Shown one piece after another: positions 12,642 through 27,090 of a DNA stretch of 64,000 bases. Position 1 is the stretch's first letter, and every line of letters starts with the position of its first letter. Source of the DNA: Marsupella aquatica (taxonomy: Eukaryota; Plantae; Marchantiophyta); the NCBI GenBank assembly GCA_973895155.1, contig OZ316893.1, forward strand, positions 24,603,520-24,667,519, given 5' to 3'. A model generated the notes under the pieces. The model was given only the letters and a program-made list of their open reading frames with translations. It ran no database searches and was not told the DNA's origin. A program made the position numbers and the translations under genes.

Positions 12642-15600
12642 TTGCATATATTACTTAGTAAATAGGATACTAGGTAGACTAAATCAAAACTACTCTGCCA
12701 ATTTTTGCAGCTATTTGTCGCATTCATTATCCATATCATTTTCAGTGCTGAAAAACAAAAGCAATAAAGGCCCACAGACATAGTAAAGAGGAGGGCACAC
12801 TCGCAATGCAGGGTCACCCCTCAAGGGCTCCAACCTTGCATGGGTGGGCAGGGGGGGCGGGAGGGGGGAGGAGCGAGTGGAGGGAGGATGAATAAGAAAG
12901 AGGAGGACCAAAAATAGTGAAAAGGGAAAAGGGGGGTTAAGGTGGGGTTTAAGGTTTAAAAGGATAAAAAGGTAAAAGACCAAAGAACAAAGAAAACAAG
13001 AATAAATTCAGGTGAGGCTAACAGTAGTCAGAGATTCATGAAGGTTTAGCTCTTCATTTATGCTTTTCATTTATGCTTCATGAACTAAGTTTGAATGGTC
13101 ATTTCGTCCTCTAGCCTCCAATTTATTTTCCTTGCTTCCAATGGTTGTCGCTGTGATTATTAGCTTTGAATACATTTGGCAATGTCGCTTTTAGCAAAAA
13201 AGAAAGCAAACTCCAATGGCTTTCCAAGCTTTGATGTGACTATGACTAATTTGGGTTCAGTTAAGGGACTTTCTTCAGCCCTTGTGTTGGACCACATAAG
13301 TTTATTAGATTCAACATGCAGATTAAGACTCAATAGTTATTGGGAAGTTCTGGACTTGTTTCTTTTGGTGTTTAATTGCTCAGTTTAGTTAATGCTGAGG
13401 ATGTATAGAATGTTCGTAGACCCAGAATTGGTACTTTTGATGTTACAATCATAAAGTCACAGCCACCTATGATAGCGGCAGTTTTAATCACCTAGGAGAG
13501 ACATGTAATTCCAGCCTTGCTTTCGGCATTAGACCACTTTGAGAACATTCTGTAAGCGATTCGCAACTCCTGTTATATTATAAGATTGGCTTATTAACCC
13601 TCAGTCCCGAATTGGAGGTGGGCGGACTACTCCACGTTTAACAACATCCTCGTTATTAACGAAAGGGTGCCCTGAGACTAATCTGAGTATATCGAAAACT
13701 TCATATAGTAAGCAGTCGTTTGCCCTATAGTAACTCTACATCGAAAAGAATAATGTAGATGCCTCTGCAGACTGGAGCCAGGAGATCGAACTCAATTCTG
13801 TAAACTTGGATAAACTAAGCTCTAATTATATTTCGGAATATCATCGAGTGCACCATTATCGTTTCCACGGATTCTGTAGAGCAAGTCACCAAATGCCTAA
13901 ATTACTGAAACCATTTTCCCAATTTACGATCGACCGGGATCTGTGTGTCAATATCAACCACAGAGGTTGCAGGTTCATCTGGGATTAGTCTTTCCGAAGC
14001 TTCCATGTTTCTCAATTGAAATTTTCAATTAGTTCCTTGATATGTTGAGACTGTAAATTCCGAAATTCGAAGGGGCAAGCTTCGGCGATCAATACTTGAT
14101 CTGGACTTTGCTGTTTAGATGGCACACAAGAATTGTTACAATTGCTCTGTATTGCGCTAGGGTCTCAATATCGTCATTAAGTGTATGACAAACAAATCTG
14201 CGTCTGTTCTGTCTAAAATATTTAACAGAGAATAGTTGCACTGGATGAAAATGCAACGTTGACCATTGCCTTCAAAGCAATAAAACCGTATAGTAAGAAG
14301 AACTTAAACCTCGGCTGAAAGGTGATCTGGTTACTCAAATCCAGCGAGTCCAGGTCTTCAATAGCATCATCGAGTTGTTAATGGAGTGTTCCATATTCTG
14401 TTTCTGGAGATCAAACGATGAAGTGCCAGCTGTATTAGATTTCCTTATGGAATTCAGGGCTAATACTTGATCCACTTTAAAGGCAGTGATGAAATCTAGT
14501 GCTCCAATTGGGTACTGGCCTACCATTTGGTAGTTTACTACCAGTGTATCCACTAAGTTCGCGATCTCACTCAGTGCCAGTCATCAATTGAACATGCACA
14601 ATACAGTTCAAGCCTTGTGTCCGCCATCTGAATACACTGTCATGCTAGAGACCAGAATGAAAGGATTCAGTTCGCATTGTTCGCATTGCGATGAGTAGCT
14701 TTTGTAATGTAAAGCACCTTGTGTTCATTGCATATTAGAAGCACTTTCTGTGACTCTGTGTGAATGTAGTTCCCATGCTGTAGTTGGTCTATCGCAAGTT
14801 TTCCTCACCCTTATAGGCAAATCATGCCTTCTGTCGACAGGATTTTGTCACACAAAGAACCAGAAATTAGTTGGTTGGTCAGTTGATACTAGAGATGTAG
14901 ACCTTTCGACACATACCGTAGGTCGTCTCATTTTTTGCTACCCACATTTTGTAGCTAAAGACTCGCGGTTAAAGATTCCAATTTTTTGGTCTCATAGCCT
15001 ATTGGGATCTTCGTGAACAAAAAGTTGCTTCATGGTTAGTTTGATGTGCTCGACCAGTGTCCGTCCCAAGACATTTGAGTGGGCAGAAATCAGAATGGGG
15101 CACTTGACTGACAATGATGCCATTCCTGGCTGTTACTTCAGGATGATAAGTCAGTAGCTGCTCATGCTCTAAAAAAAGGAACTGGCAGCTCACAGGAAAG
15201 TTTTCTCGGGGCAGAATGAGGGCATACTGTTGGTCTTCACTTCAGCATTTACTGACGAACGCAAAAGTGCCAAAGTTTCAATTGCACCTTCGAGAAAGTG
15301 CAAAACAACCCAAGCTGCTGCTGATGAGCGCAATTTTGTATTTGCCCCCAGCAAACCAATTAGCCCCTTTTACTGCATCAAATTACATTCTGACCTTGTG
15401 AGACTGTCTAGGCTTCATCTCGTACTTCAGAGAGCAATGTACACAGAGGGCGGTCTTGTTCCCATAATTATCAACGGATTTTTGCAGTCGATAATGAGAA
15501 TGTTGTTTCCATCACACCACGATTATGAACATCTACACTAGCAGTTGGAGATTAGCAATCTAGAAGGTAGTGTGGCAAAACATTCGGTTCAACTTGGAAA

Positions 15601-18600
15601 ACCAAATACTTGCCATTGCCATTATTGACAGGTACAATTTGGGCACTCCGATATAAGTTCTACTAGAGGTGTGTTTGGAACTCATTACCCTTTGGGTGAC
15701 AGAAAAGTACCGGCCACGTGAGTTGTACTCATTCATTTCTGATTGACCACCCAGGCGGAGACGGTTCAAGGTAGTGCAGCGAACACAGCTGAGAATGTCG
15801 ATGAGTTCGCACCGATTGACTGACTTGGGCGTCCGGAAAAGGGATCGTATTGAGATGTGCAGCAACTTACTACCGAACTTAACTAGAAACTGGGTCAATC
15901 CCGGGTGTTGCTAGTCATGAAGTGCAACATTAGTCTATATATTTCTCTCATGCAGCTTTTCAAATCTCTCTCCGAGCGGCTGCGCGCGGTGATATCTCAC
16001 TTTTAGTGCTGGTCGTGCATATCCGTTAGAGGAACCACAGCACAAACTACTGTACTGTCAGTCAAGCCCAGGTATTAATTTGTGGGAGAAGTGGAGCCAG
16101 GTCAATCGGACAATCCTGAGCATTGGAGTTGGCAAATAATGCCATGAAAATAGCATTTCCTCAAACATTCTAAGCTGGCGTTGTGTATCATCCTTATCGT
16201 GTCCACTTTCCAATAGAAAACAACAATCAATAGAATGAGGGCCGACTGGATTCTTGTCGTTCAAATCTTGGAGCAATGTAAACGAAACTCACGGAGGTAC
16301 CCTGAGAGTCACCCCGTCGCATCCTCTTGCCAGGAGACCGGGAAGGGCAGGTTCAATCGGTCGCTCTATCTCCCAGAGGTCTAGATTGCCTTGCTTGCCT
16401 GGCCTGCCAAAGGAGTCTTTGGCAATGGTGGGGATCTCGACATTCTAATTGTCACTTCTTATGAGCTCAAATTGACATTCCGATACTCTAGTGTCTGAAT
16501 GCTATCACCGGGCCCTCCAACGAACTCTTGCTCTCATGATCTCCAATTTTGTTCTGCACCTGTGGTGTGGTGGGCACACATCGATTATTTTGCGATTGCC
16601 TTGCGATTGGCTTGTCTCGTCTTGAAATGCTCATCCTTCCGAGCGCTATTATTGTACAACAATGGGCCATGAAAAGGTAACTGAGCAGGTGGGGGGCCGA
16701 ATCCCAATGTTTGTCCAGTTTGGACGACTCGTATGGTTAATTAGGAATTCAACTATGGATGGCGGAGTTTTGCATTTGGGTAACAAAGCCTGAAGAATGG
16801 GCTTACCTGCAGTGAGCAAGGAAGGCGTCAAATGTACTTACTTCATTCTACGTAAGGACTTTCTTCCTGGGCACTCCGAGGCAGCAAATTCACCAACTCC
16901 ACCTCCTCAACCACTTCCAGATTCTGCAAAATCTGGCGATGGAAGACCAAAGACATACAAATCAAAGAAGACTCCTCCTGGAGTAACTCCCCTTCAGCCC
17001 TCGGACACATTTGATGATGATAATCTTATGGAACTTGAATTTGGTAGACCTTGCAAGCATATGATATCACAATCTTTGGGAGATAGGAGCAGCAACTGTG
17101 AGTTTTGCCGTGGGGCCAAGCTGGTGGAAGAGGCAGCCCGAAACAATGACCTTTTAGCTGACGAAGCTGATGACTTGAGCTTGGTAAGACTATCAAAAGC
17201 TCATCCGCACACCATGGACTCGCTACTTGAAATGTTATTTCATTTCACAGATCTCCTGACGCATTCCTGATTTGTGACCCCAGATTATTATTTCAATATC
17301 ACCGCAGTTATGTCAGTTTCCCCTCGTTCTTCATAATCTTTGTCCTCATCAGTTCAGTGCATTCACTTGTTTGAATGTCAAATCTCTGCCCCTCTACGTT
17401 TCTTTTTTCTTAGATTGCACGTCTGCGGCCCTTGGATTGGAGGACCAGATCGAGTTTTTCTCCAAGCAGGGGTCAAAGCGTGCATCTGTAAAGCAGGGGT
17501 AGGATCTCGTCTGAAGCATGCAACCTGTAGAGGGAGATGGTGCTCGATATGTCGATCGATCTTTGTTAGGCGCATCTTCCGTGCTGCTACCTTTTAATCA
17601 AGTGCATAGCCCAATCTGAACATCTGAACGGGAACTTCGGCTACACAGGGTACAGAAACCACGACGTACAAATCCTATTAATGATCGCTAGGGAATCATT
17701 GGACAAAGGTGATTTTTTACTTGAGCCAGCCCCAAAAACAACTGCTGCCCACAAAAGAAGTCTTCCGAAGCAACGCCAAACAAGTAAAAAGGGAGAGTGC
17801 TGTCAATCACAAATTTGGGGAATCTTGTCAAACAGGGTTTTGTATCTACAGAGAAAATTTCGGTAATCGAGATTCACTGATTCCTTTTGGATAGGCGTAC
17901 TTAATAGCCCTTTCCGTTCAGAAGACATTTGTCGAAGCCTTGGCCTTCTTCATTTTCCAGCTCTTTTGCAACGTTTGGATACATATAAAGATAAACATAT
18001 CCACGCGAGAGTTCAAATCATTGCAATCATCATGATCGTCTGTTTAAGTTGCGATGAACAGTGACGATTGGTTGTGAACCTCATCATCGTAATCATCCAG
18101 CGCACTTCTTCCAGTTCCGCTCACTTCACGAAAAAAGAGAAAAGAGATTACCGAAAGAGGTTGAGATTGACGGTCTTCAACCAATGACCTTCCTCTTCAC
18201 GCGTGCTTAACGCTGAGCCACCAAGGGAAGGAAAGTAATCCGTGATTCATTCCTACGTCAGGAAAGGTTTGAGATAGCTTGAGAAAACTTCCGTAACAAA
18301 CACGACAGCTTGATGTCCAAATCCGTTGTTCGATGAGTTGTTGTGTCGGATATTCAATAGAATGATCAATAATGTCTCTACTTCACGAGCAGAAAGTAGA
18401 GGTGAAAAAGAGAGATGGCATCTCGTCATGATTATGTCTCTATTCCTGTGGTACCCATGAATCCACGCAAGTACACCCATCGAGAGCTAAGTACAGTACT
18501 GTATAAAGAAATTGCCGGCTTAAAAAGTCAAATTAATAAAGAATCTGTACAAGGAACACCAGAATGATGGACTCTTTTTATCCGAAGTACCGCAATGATA

Positions 18601-21600
18601 AGATCTCCATGTACAGTGAAACAAGATCCGTTTCGGTCAGGTGAGATACCGTTGGATCATTGACACACAGAGCAAAAACATTTATCGAATCACTTATAAA
18701 AGATTTTCTTTTCCCAAATTTCTCACTCACAGTGACGAACTTTAAAACACTATTCAGTTTTATTGTGGATTACAATTCATGCGCGAAAATTCCATAGCAG
18801 TACGGTAGGAGCATTGAGGGTGTAGCCATTCTATCCAAAAGTACAATCTGCAACTATAATATCTCTTGCAGTCATACTGAAAGAAGATGTTGTTCCGGTT
18901 ATGGTGATTATAGGAGCACCATCATTCCGGGGGCCTGCCAAATGAACTAAAAGAGTACTATGGACCCAAAAATGAATTCACTCCGGAGCTTCCATTGGAT
19001 ATTGTCTCCGAACTGGACACAACACTATTCAAAAGGCTGTGGCGAACTCTGTGTTCGTCCGCCACCGAGCCTCCTCCTGCCAACCACCCTCTGGTGCTGG
19101 CTTCGGTAAGGCTCGGTAAGTTTACATCAAGACTCCTTGTATACTATCCACCAAGGAGCAATTTGGAGTGCGAGGACTGAGCAACAAGTTTGTACTTGCC
19201 GTCTCTACTACTTAGTTACCTATCCATGAAAGCTCGAGCAAATGCACAGCGCATGCTGTGGAAAACCTCCTCCTGTATGTCTCGGAGGCAGCCATCTTCA
19301 TTCTGGAGTGTCTAACACTTAAACTTTTTCCAGACAGGGCAGCCTAATACATTCCATGCAAAAAGCTTTTGGGGACGAGCTCTCCCGTACCTTCACTACT
19401 ATAGTGGTTGCAAGGCGTCAAAAGTTGCAAGGCAGATTATCGATCATGGTAGCTACTTTGAGGGGGCCAGCCTACTAACCACTGACTCCACGTCTTAAGG
19501 GCTTGCAAGGCTTCAAAAGGTGCAAGGCAGAGAAGGAGGAGATCATTTCTTTCCTTTAACGAGATCAAGTCTTCCAGAAGGCTAGACTAATTACCCTTAG
19601 CGATTTCTGATGGAGAGCAATGGTGCAAGGGAGAGAAAACGGAAACTCTTTCTCTTGTGCCCGAGAAGAATTCTTCCAGCAGGCTAAACATACCGTGAGC
19701 GAAACCGCATCGACATTGGGTGGTGGTACAAATATGTTGCACTCGGTCCAGTAGCTTGGCGAGAGTAATTTCTGCTCATTCAGAAAAACAGGTACAATCC
19801 TCAACATGGACTTTGCCTGGGCAGTAACTGACCCGCATGTGTTCCGCAATTTTGTATGGGAGGCGTAGACAATTAAAAGACATGACAAGCCAAAGTCTGG
19901 AAGGGAATTTACAAAACTATGAAGTGACTAGCAATTTGTCATCGTGTACGATTGCCATTCGGGCACGATTGTGTGAAGAGACCGCTTACACGTTGCTCAT
20001 CTTTGTCACAGTGAGTGACTACTGTGCTGTGATGGCCGTCGATTCATGATGCATTCGTCAGAGATGTGAGATTTCTAGATGCGATAGCCGTCTGCCAAGC
20101 GTATAGAAAATTGTGCAGACAGCATTCGTAGCATAAGACCATCATCCAACTGAGGTGAATCAGAACCAAAGCCTGACGTGTGGTCCAAGTGTCAAGCTCC
20201 GTTGTGGAGAATTTGGAGTGGGCGGCTACAAGGTGATCAGGATGTCAGCCTGTAAGTGAGGTATGTTTTGTGCCAGTGTAGTGCTAAATCATTTGAGAAT
20301 TGGTGCATTTCACGTGTGCGTCCGGTATAGGGGAACACCTCAATGAAAAGTACTTCTTCTAGCTTATAGAGTCAAGGACTCGTGTCCCACTAGTCAAGTT
20401 CGACTATCAGTTATCACCTTGCAACGCCAGCGTGCACGATTTCCACTGGGCTGCTGAGGTTCCAATTGAAGAGAGGACCTATTCCTTGCAGTGAGATACA
20501 ACGTTAGTCTACACCGTATCTACTGCATGACCACTGTGAATCGGATTTTTTACTTCGGTCATGAGAACACCACCTTCTTGCCAGCCATTGCAGACTACTT
20601 TTAATGAGGGGCATGCGGACACAGTGTAGCTAAATTGCAATAAGGAAAATCCCTTTGTCATCACTCCATCACGGTGTGTATTCAGGCTAGTCATGCACAG
20701 CTACTCAGTCGGTTTGCCATAGTCTAATTAGAAGCACTCAATCAAGTTGAACATACATATCCAAATAGTTGAGCGATTCCATCAAACAAAAGACATTACA
20801 TACCACACAGATTGACCCTCGGTATTCAGACTCTAAACTAAAAACAAACACCAGAATCGCAGAAAATTCCGAGGGAGCTCTGAATTTTACTAGTGAATTG
20901 CGGGCAATAACTGGGATGCGTGTGAATCGAACGTTCTTTTTTTTGCCACGCAGGATTTGCAAAACCTTCAACATATTCAGCCCCTCAATTACTACATGAC
21001 AAATGTTACAAAATGTCGGACTTTCATCCAATCATTGAAGTAGTTATTCATCCAATGAACTCTTCAAACATGACGAAGTTCGGTAGAATGACAGCTTCAC
21101 TATACTGAACAAATAGAAATTACATTCCTCCTAGAGATGATAAGAAGACACATACAGACTTCGAATATCTAGATTATCATCAAGCATCTCGAGATCCGCT
21201 TTTCACCTTTCCATCCATACAATCACCTTTACTGCTAGTCAAGAAAGAAGGAAACGCATCAGTAGAGGTATAATCTCCACGAGAATCTTCTGCTTCGTCC
21301 TAGAGTTAAGGTAAATTTGTGACTCCTGGGACACATGAATCCGACAAAGAATCCCAATCCAGCCACAACTTAAGAACCGTCGTTTGCTTCGGTGGAAAGC
21401 TGCATCCAACCAAAACAGATTAGTAACCCTTGTCTTTTACACCTGGCGACTGCATTCAAGAAAACAAACAGAGACCGAGACAGGAACAGTATTTATTTAT
21501 CTGTTCATCACGGGGCACGCTGTACCTTATTTTAAAACGTGTACACGTCAACCAACGAACAAAATCTTACTTCCAGGATACAGTTCCAGGAGTGGTGACC

Positions 21601-23419
21601 AACGTATATTCAATTGCCGCAGGGTATTAAATCAACATTTAAGAAATCCAGTATAACTCCCTAAAACGACCATGGACAGAGTGCACGGGGAATCCACTGA
21701 GTACTTCAGTGCAAGAACGATCTATCTGATAGCAGGGGGTTCGCACTTCTGCAAACTGACTTAGATTATTCCATGGTTCTCCTTGCCAAACTGGTAAAAA
21801 GCCTTGTTCCCCTCAAATGCTGTTTCGTACATTGGCAATCTCCCAAGCCAAGAGCTGTATTCAGACACGAAGGTCAATATGCCAGAGCAGGATTCACACT
21901 TATAACTGTGGCAATCCATCAATTACTGGGTTCTTTTGAACTGCTTCAAGCAGCACCACAAATGCATGCGTATGAGAAAGATATTCTATCATGACGAACA
22001 CAGTCAATCATGTGCTACGAGACAAATTGGTCGTAACCATGAGCTTCTGCTCGCCGTAGATATCAGTCTTTCATTATCTACAGAAACACGCACAACGGAT
22101 TATCAATTCTGAAGTTGGCTCCACATGAATAAGAATCAAGTTTCGGTGTTCGCTCTGATCTGAAAACGATCAACGCAATTCAAGATTGTCCAGGAAGAGG
22201 GGATTTGACCACATCAAAGTAAAACAAAGAGAGATGCGCTCCAACCTGTACCTAGTCTTTCCACTCCCTCTACTGAGTAGTGACTGGTAGCACAGTAGCA
22301 AGTGACTGGTCGTCTATGCACGTTGTACTACATGTGCCTGTCAGCAGCAATTCTCATCGACGGTAACTTCTAAATCTCCGACCAGTCCCGGTTCATCTGG
22401 GACGGAATTGTCCTTCGAGTCACGAGTCATGACCGTTATGCGCTTTGGCAATGAAAACTACTAGAGGGCACTTGTCCACAACCTAGACACAATCTCCCCA
22501 TTCGAAGGGACACATTCGGCTTAATACCTCCTGTATTACATAAGCAACAAATCTACCTGGAGCGACCCAGCACCTCTGCCAAAAGGCATCAAAATTCTCT
22601 GTGAAAGTTCCAATATCATATCACGCGTCGAATATACAGCACAAGAGCAGGTCTTGAATAGAAGCCAACGATGTACAACCAGCCTTCAAGGCTCACTACA
22701 GTACTCTGAAATACATAACAAAGCCCAAAATTGAAGGAAATGGGGCGCAACGGAATGCGTCCCATCAAGACGAAGAGCAACAGAGTATCTTACGACTAAG
22801 CTGTACAAAATTTCGGTGTCCTTCCACCGCTTATTCCAACCTAGTAGTACTCCCGCATATTATGACCATAATTAAGAATTCCCTAAGAAGTAATCCATCC
22901 GACTCGGAATTCCATACATACAATAACAGGACTTAGCACATCCAGTTCCGGTTACACCGAACCGAGTGACTCGCTCCGCAAAGATAGAAACGATTTCCGG
23001 ATCTCATTTGTTTCTAAACCCTTATCAGAACGCCAATCAACTGCGTGACCTTCAAACTCTCCCATTTCGCTTGTCTTGCATGCATCACGAGAGACCTTTC
23101 CAAATCCATATGCCTTGTTCGACGTCGATTATACAACACGCTAATCCTCTGCTGTCACTACCGCGGAGAATAGCCCATCATCACCTCCGCTGTCACTCAC
23201 TGACTTGGAAACTGACCAAATCACCGTAACCATTACAATCGTCACCTCTTGGTCCTCCAACAGAAATGTCGGAATACCGTAAGAGAGACTTCAAGAGAAA
23301 CCCATCGTTCTCTCTCTCTGTCTGTCTAGGCCGTCTCTCAGCCTCGAGACAGAAATGTCACAATACCTTACGAACGGCATTTCTACGTCTCGATGACCCA
23401 CATCACTGAGATATTGTCA

Positions 23420-24934
23420 TTATTGAGTTCCCGTCATGTGATCTTCACCATCTATGACGTACTGAGTAGCGTTGTCCTCAATCCCACCTTTACGCTCGAC
23501 AGATTGGAACGGACCACCACCAACAGCGTGTTGCTGTTGCAGATTATGCAGAATCTGCAAAGCCAACGAGCTTCTTTGACCCGGAGTTTCTTCGACTGGA
23601 CTTCCGTGTAAGAAAACACCCAGAAGCAGCGATACCACATTCTGTTGACTTTGCATCATTTGAGCCTGCATTTGCGCAATAGTCGCCTGATGTCCCAACT
23701 GGAGAGTCGTCATCCGCTCTCTCCACTCTTGCTTCTCCTCCTCCCGCTTCTCCTCCCACGTCCTCTCTTTGTGTTTCTCTTCCTCCCACCTGACTCGATT
23801 CGTCAAATCGCGCTCATATTCTCTGTCCTCCCTCTCCCTCTCCCTCCTCCTCTCCTGCTCCTCTCTAATCCTCTCTCTCTCCAGCCTATTGTACTCCCTT
23901 TCGCGCTCTGCAGATTCACGGAGAAATTCGCGCTGCTCCCTCTCCCGCTCCTTGTCCCTCTCCCGTGCCTCCCGCTGCGCATCCCTCTCCCGCTGCTCGG
24001 TAATGTATGCTCCCAGGAAGGCCAGGATCTTACCCTCGGTCAGCACCGGGCCGCCCCCATCGCTTACACTGCTCATAGGATCTCGATGCCGCTTCAATTT
24101 CTTCTTCCTCGGTCCTAGGTCCTCCTCGTCCCTCATCATCATCCCGTCCTCCTCGTCCGCATAGCATTCGAGTCCGAGGCCCGAGACTACACCGGCTCCC
24201 CCCGTCAGGTCCTCTCCTTCCAGAGTTCCTCCGCCTCCTCCGCCGATGGAGCCATTCCCTCCCTCGCCCCCGAGCAGACGCGAATTGCTCCCGTTGAAGG
24301 CATGGCGGACACGGGAGGAGAATTCGGACAAGCGTCCCCGACCGCGACCTCCTCCGCCTCCGCCCCCGGGCTTTCCCTGAGCGCTGCCATCGAAGGACTT
24401 GTTGACGAGAGTGCTCGAGGGGCTGCCAGAGCCATTGCCGAGCGAGTCGTTCATGTCCAGCTCGACATCTCCGAACACTTCCTTGTAGCGTAAGAAATTC
24501 GACCAGTGCACAATGCCTTCCGTCCAGTCATACTCGTCTTGCAGCAGCTGCCCTCCACCTCCTCCCCCTCCTCCACCACTCTGTCCACCACCGCCACCAT
24601 TACAAGCAACATGACCAACAATACCGCCGCCGAGCTCCTTGCTGCTGCAGCCTCCGTTGGACGTCGCAGCATGGAAGGAGCGACGAATCTTCTGCTTGAC
24701 TCCCAGATACTGATTCCTCATGTTCTGAATTTTCACGGACAGATCTCGCCAACTCCACTCCCACGGAAACGACACATTATCCCGGAAGTGGTGCACGGCA
24801 TTCACGTGCGTTGCAATGGGCTCGAATTTCTTCTCCCGTGTCTTCAGCTTGGCGAGCGTCCCCGCTCTCGCCATCTCGCCGTACTTTGAAATCAGCGTCT
24901 GTTCTTCTTCCTCGCTCCATTTCTTGCGGCGCAT
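23420..24934 (-). CDS. Trihelix (Myb/SANT-like DNA-binding) transcription factor with coiled-coil C-terminus
   Basis: 504-aa uninterrupted ORF. N-terminal WSEEEEQTLISKY...KFEPIATHVN...WSWRDLSVKIQNMRNQY trihelix domain, Gly-rich linker, NLS PRKKKLKR, E/R-rich coiled coil; GC-rich coding-like composition. Confidence 0.9.
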   Translation of the reverse strand: MRRKKWSEEEEQTLISKYGEMARAGTLAKLKTREKKFEPIATHVNAVHHFRDNVSFPWEWSWRDLSVKIQNMRNQYLGVKQKIRRSFHAATSNGGCSSKELGGGIVGHVACNGGGGGQSGGGGGGGGGQLLQDEYDWTEGIVHWSNFLRYKEVFGDVELDMNDSLGNGSGSPSSTLVNKSFDGSAQGKPGGGGGGGRGRGRLSEFSSRVRHAFNGSNSRLLGGEGGNGSIGGGGGGTLEGEDLTGGAGVVSGLGLECYADEEDGMMMRDEEDLGPRKKKLKRHRDPMSSVSDGGGPVLTEGKILAFLGAYITEQRERDAQREARERDKEREREQREFLRESAEREREYNRLERERIREEQERRREREREDREYERDLTNRVRWEEEKHKERTWEEKREEEKQEWRERMTTLQLGHQATIAQMQAQMMQSQQNVVSLLLGVFLHGSPVEETPGQRSSLALQILHNLQQQHAVGGGPFQSVERKGGIEDNATQYVIDGEDHMTGTQ

Positions 24935-25929
24935 GTCAACAACACCACCCCGCGCAACTCGCCCTACCAGAATTGGCCTTAACCGAAAATCGTCCCAATC
25001 TCCAATCGAGCTTCAATGTGGTCCACCACCTTCACATGCGTCCACCTCTTTCGACCCAACCACAAAGCAAGACTCACATTCGAAGATGCCAAGCCCAGCA
25101 CTCACATTCAGAGACCAAACCATCTCGACTTGCATGATGCCGAAGGCGTCTGTACTCCACACCACGACGAAGCTACCATTTCTCCAATGCCTCTCCACTC
25201 CCGCAGAAGATCGTTTTTCCTCCAAACCAAAAAAAAAAAAAAAAAACAACGTTACCCGAAACCCCCTCAGAAGAAGCGTTGATCGAGTTCCACGAGCTCA
25301 AAATTTCTGCGCGACGCAAGCGCAATCGAGCTCACTCTCTCTCTCTCGCTCTGCGTCTGCTTCCCTTCCGTCTCGGCGACGAGGAGCACTCTCGCCTGGA
25401 CGATGATGACGACGAGCTGCGCAGCTCTCTGGCGATGGGGGAGCATTGTCGGACGATTGTCGGGCGACACTGAGAGCGGTTCCCAAAACGTCGGCTCGCT
25501 CACCAACCCGAACGCATCCACGCTCATGGATTGCTTTTCAGCTCGCCCTGCCTCCTTAACCATGGTTAGTTAGCGACACCATCGATGGTCGCGTTTGCTC
25601 CACACCAAATTTCTCCCCTCCAATTCGACCGAATCTCGCGTTTCCACGCCCTAAAAACACCGAAACCACGAGATTTCGAGATTTCCAGCAGCAGAGAAAT
25701 CGACAAATTGGGCACAATTCGCACAATTCGCACAGTGACAGCAATTATGGTACAGCTTCCGACTTCCGACAGTCAGTTCCTCGACTCGCCTACGACTGCA
25801 CCTCGTGCTCTGTCTCCTCTGCAACACACGACACGAAGAGGGGAGGGGGCTTTATGTGCCTTCACATCAGAGTACTTTTTGGTGCTCGTTTTCCGAGGTT
25901 CTAGGGAAAAAGGGAAAAAGGGGAAAACC

Positions 25930-27090
25930 CAACCCATCCTAGTCTACATGGGTAGGTCATGTTTATCTCAGTTTTCACAAAAGGATATATTAAATTAAAA
26001 TATAAGTTTATATTTACGAAAACAAGTTTAGCCGAGTTTTCAGAACATAATCTATTTTTTTAAAATAAAATGTATAAATTTTTGTTCATATTTGATAAAT
26101 AAGTAAAACCTTTCACACATATTTGAGTTTTCCAAACTTATATATAATATTTTATTAAAAATTATTTATTTATTTTTATAATATAATTTATTTATAAAAA
26201 ATTTTATTATTTTTATTTACTTTTTATTTTTTTTACTATTAAAATTTAAATTTATTTTTTTTATATTATTAAATTTCTATAATTTATATATTATAAATTA
26301 TTTTTATTTTTTATATTTTTTATATATTTTTTAATTATAAATCTTTTTGTGTATTTATATTATATAATTAAATAGAATTTATAAATATATTCAATATCTA
26401 AAAATATTTATTTTAATTAAAAGTGTCAAACTTAGAAAAATTTCAATTTTTTCTTTTCTCATAAAAAATTTTAAAATATAATCATGAAAAATAAATTTTA
26501 TTTTAAAATTTTATTTTAAATTAATAAAATATTTATTATCTTCATTCATTTATTTATTTAATTTATATTATATTATTTTTATAATATAATTATTAATATA
26601 TTATTATTTATTATATATTATAATATAATTTTTTTTAACAAATAAAAATTTTATACTTTTAATTTTATAATTTATTAATTAATTTAATTTTTAATATTAT
26701 GATATTAATAAATAAAAAATTAATTATAATATTATTAAATATTTTAAAATTTAAATATTTTCATCTTGTAATAACTTTATTTTTTTATTTTTTTATATAT
26801 TTTATTAATTTATAAATATATTAATATTTTTTTTAAAATACTAAATTTTTGGAGCACTAATTTTTATTCTATGATTATTATTTGTGAATATTTTTATTTT
26901 TATTTTTTTATTATCTCCCTTGATTGGATCGTTTAATATGAGGGATCATGTCTTTTTTGTTTGGTGTCTTTTATTTTTTATAATTAAAATATAATAAAAA
27001 ATAAAAAATAATATAAAAAAAGAGAACTTAAAACCCGAATGGACCGAGATGTTTCCCATGTCTATCCTTATGGACTGTGACATAGGGATT
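25930..27090. repeat. Extremely AT-rich segment with weakly inverted ends (possible decayed MITE)
   Basis: About 1 kb of near-pure A/T, flanked by CCCATCCTAGTCTACATGGGTAGGTCATG and CATGTCTATCCTTATGGACTGTGACATAGGG, which are partly complementary. Confidence 0.4.

Noticed and set aside
12084-12658. Repetitive Thr/Ser/Phe ORFs
   Set aside because: Translations of the minisatellite.
13500-17900. Possible decayed NLR/LRR gene (fragments such as LEVCLELITL, IEMCSNLLPNL, LPK-GVFGNGGDLDIL)
   Set aside because: Only scattered weak LRR-like words across frames with many stops; no P-loop or NB-ARC motif recognised. A translated search would be needed.
23393-25406. Many overlapping or antisense ORFs over the trihelix gene
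   Set aside because: Shadows of GC-rich, GA-repetitive coding sequence.
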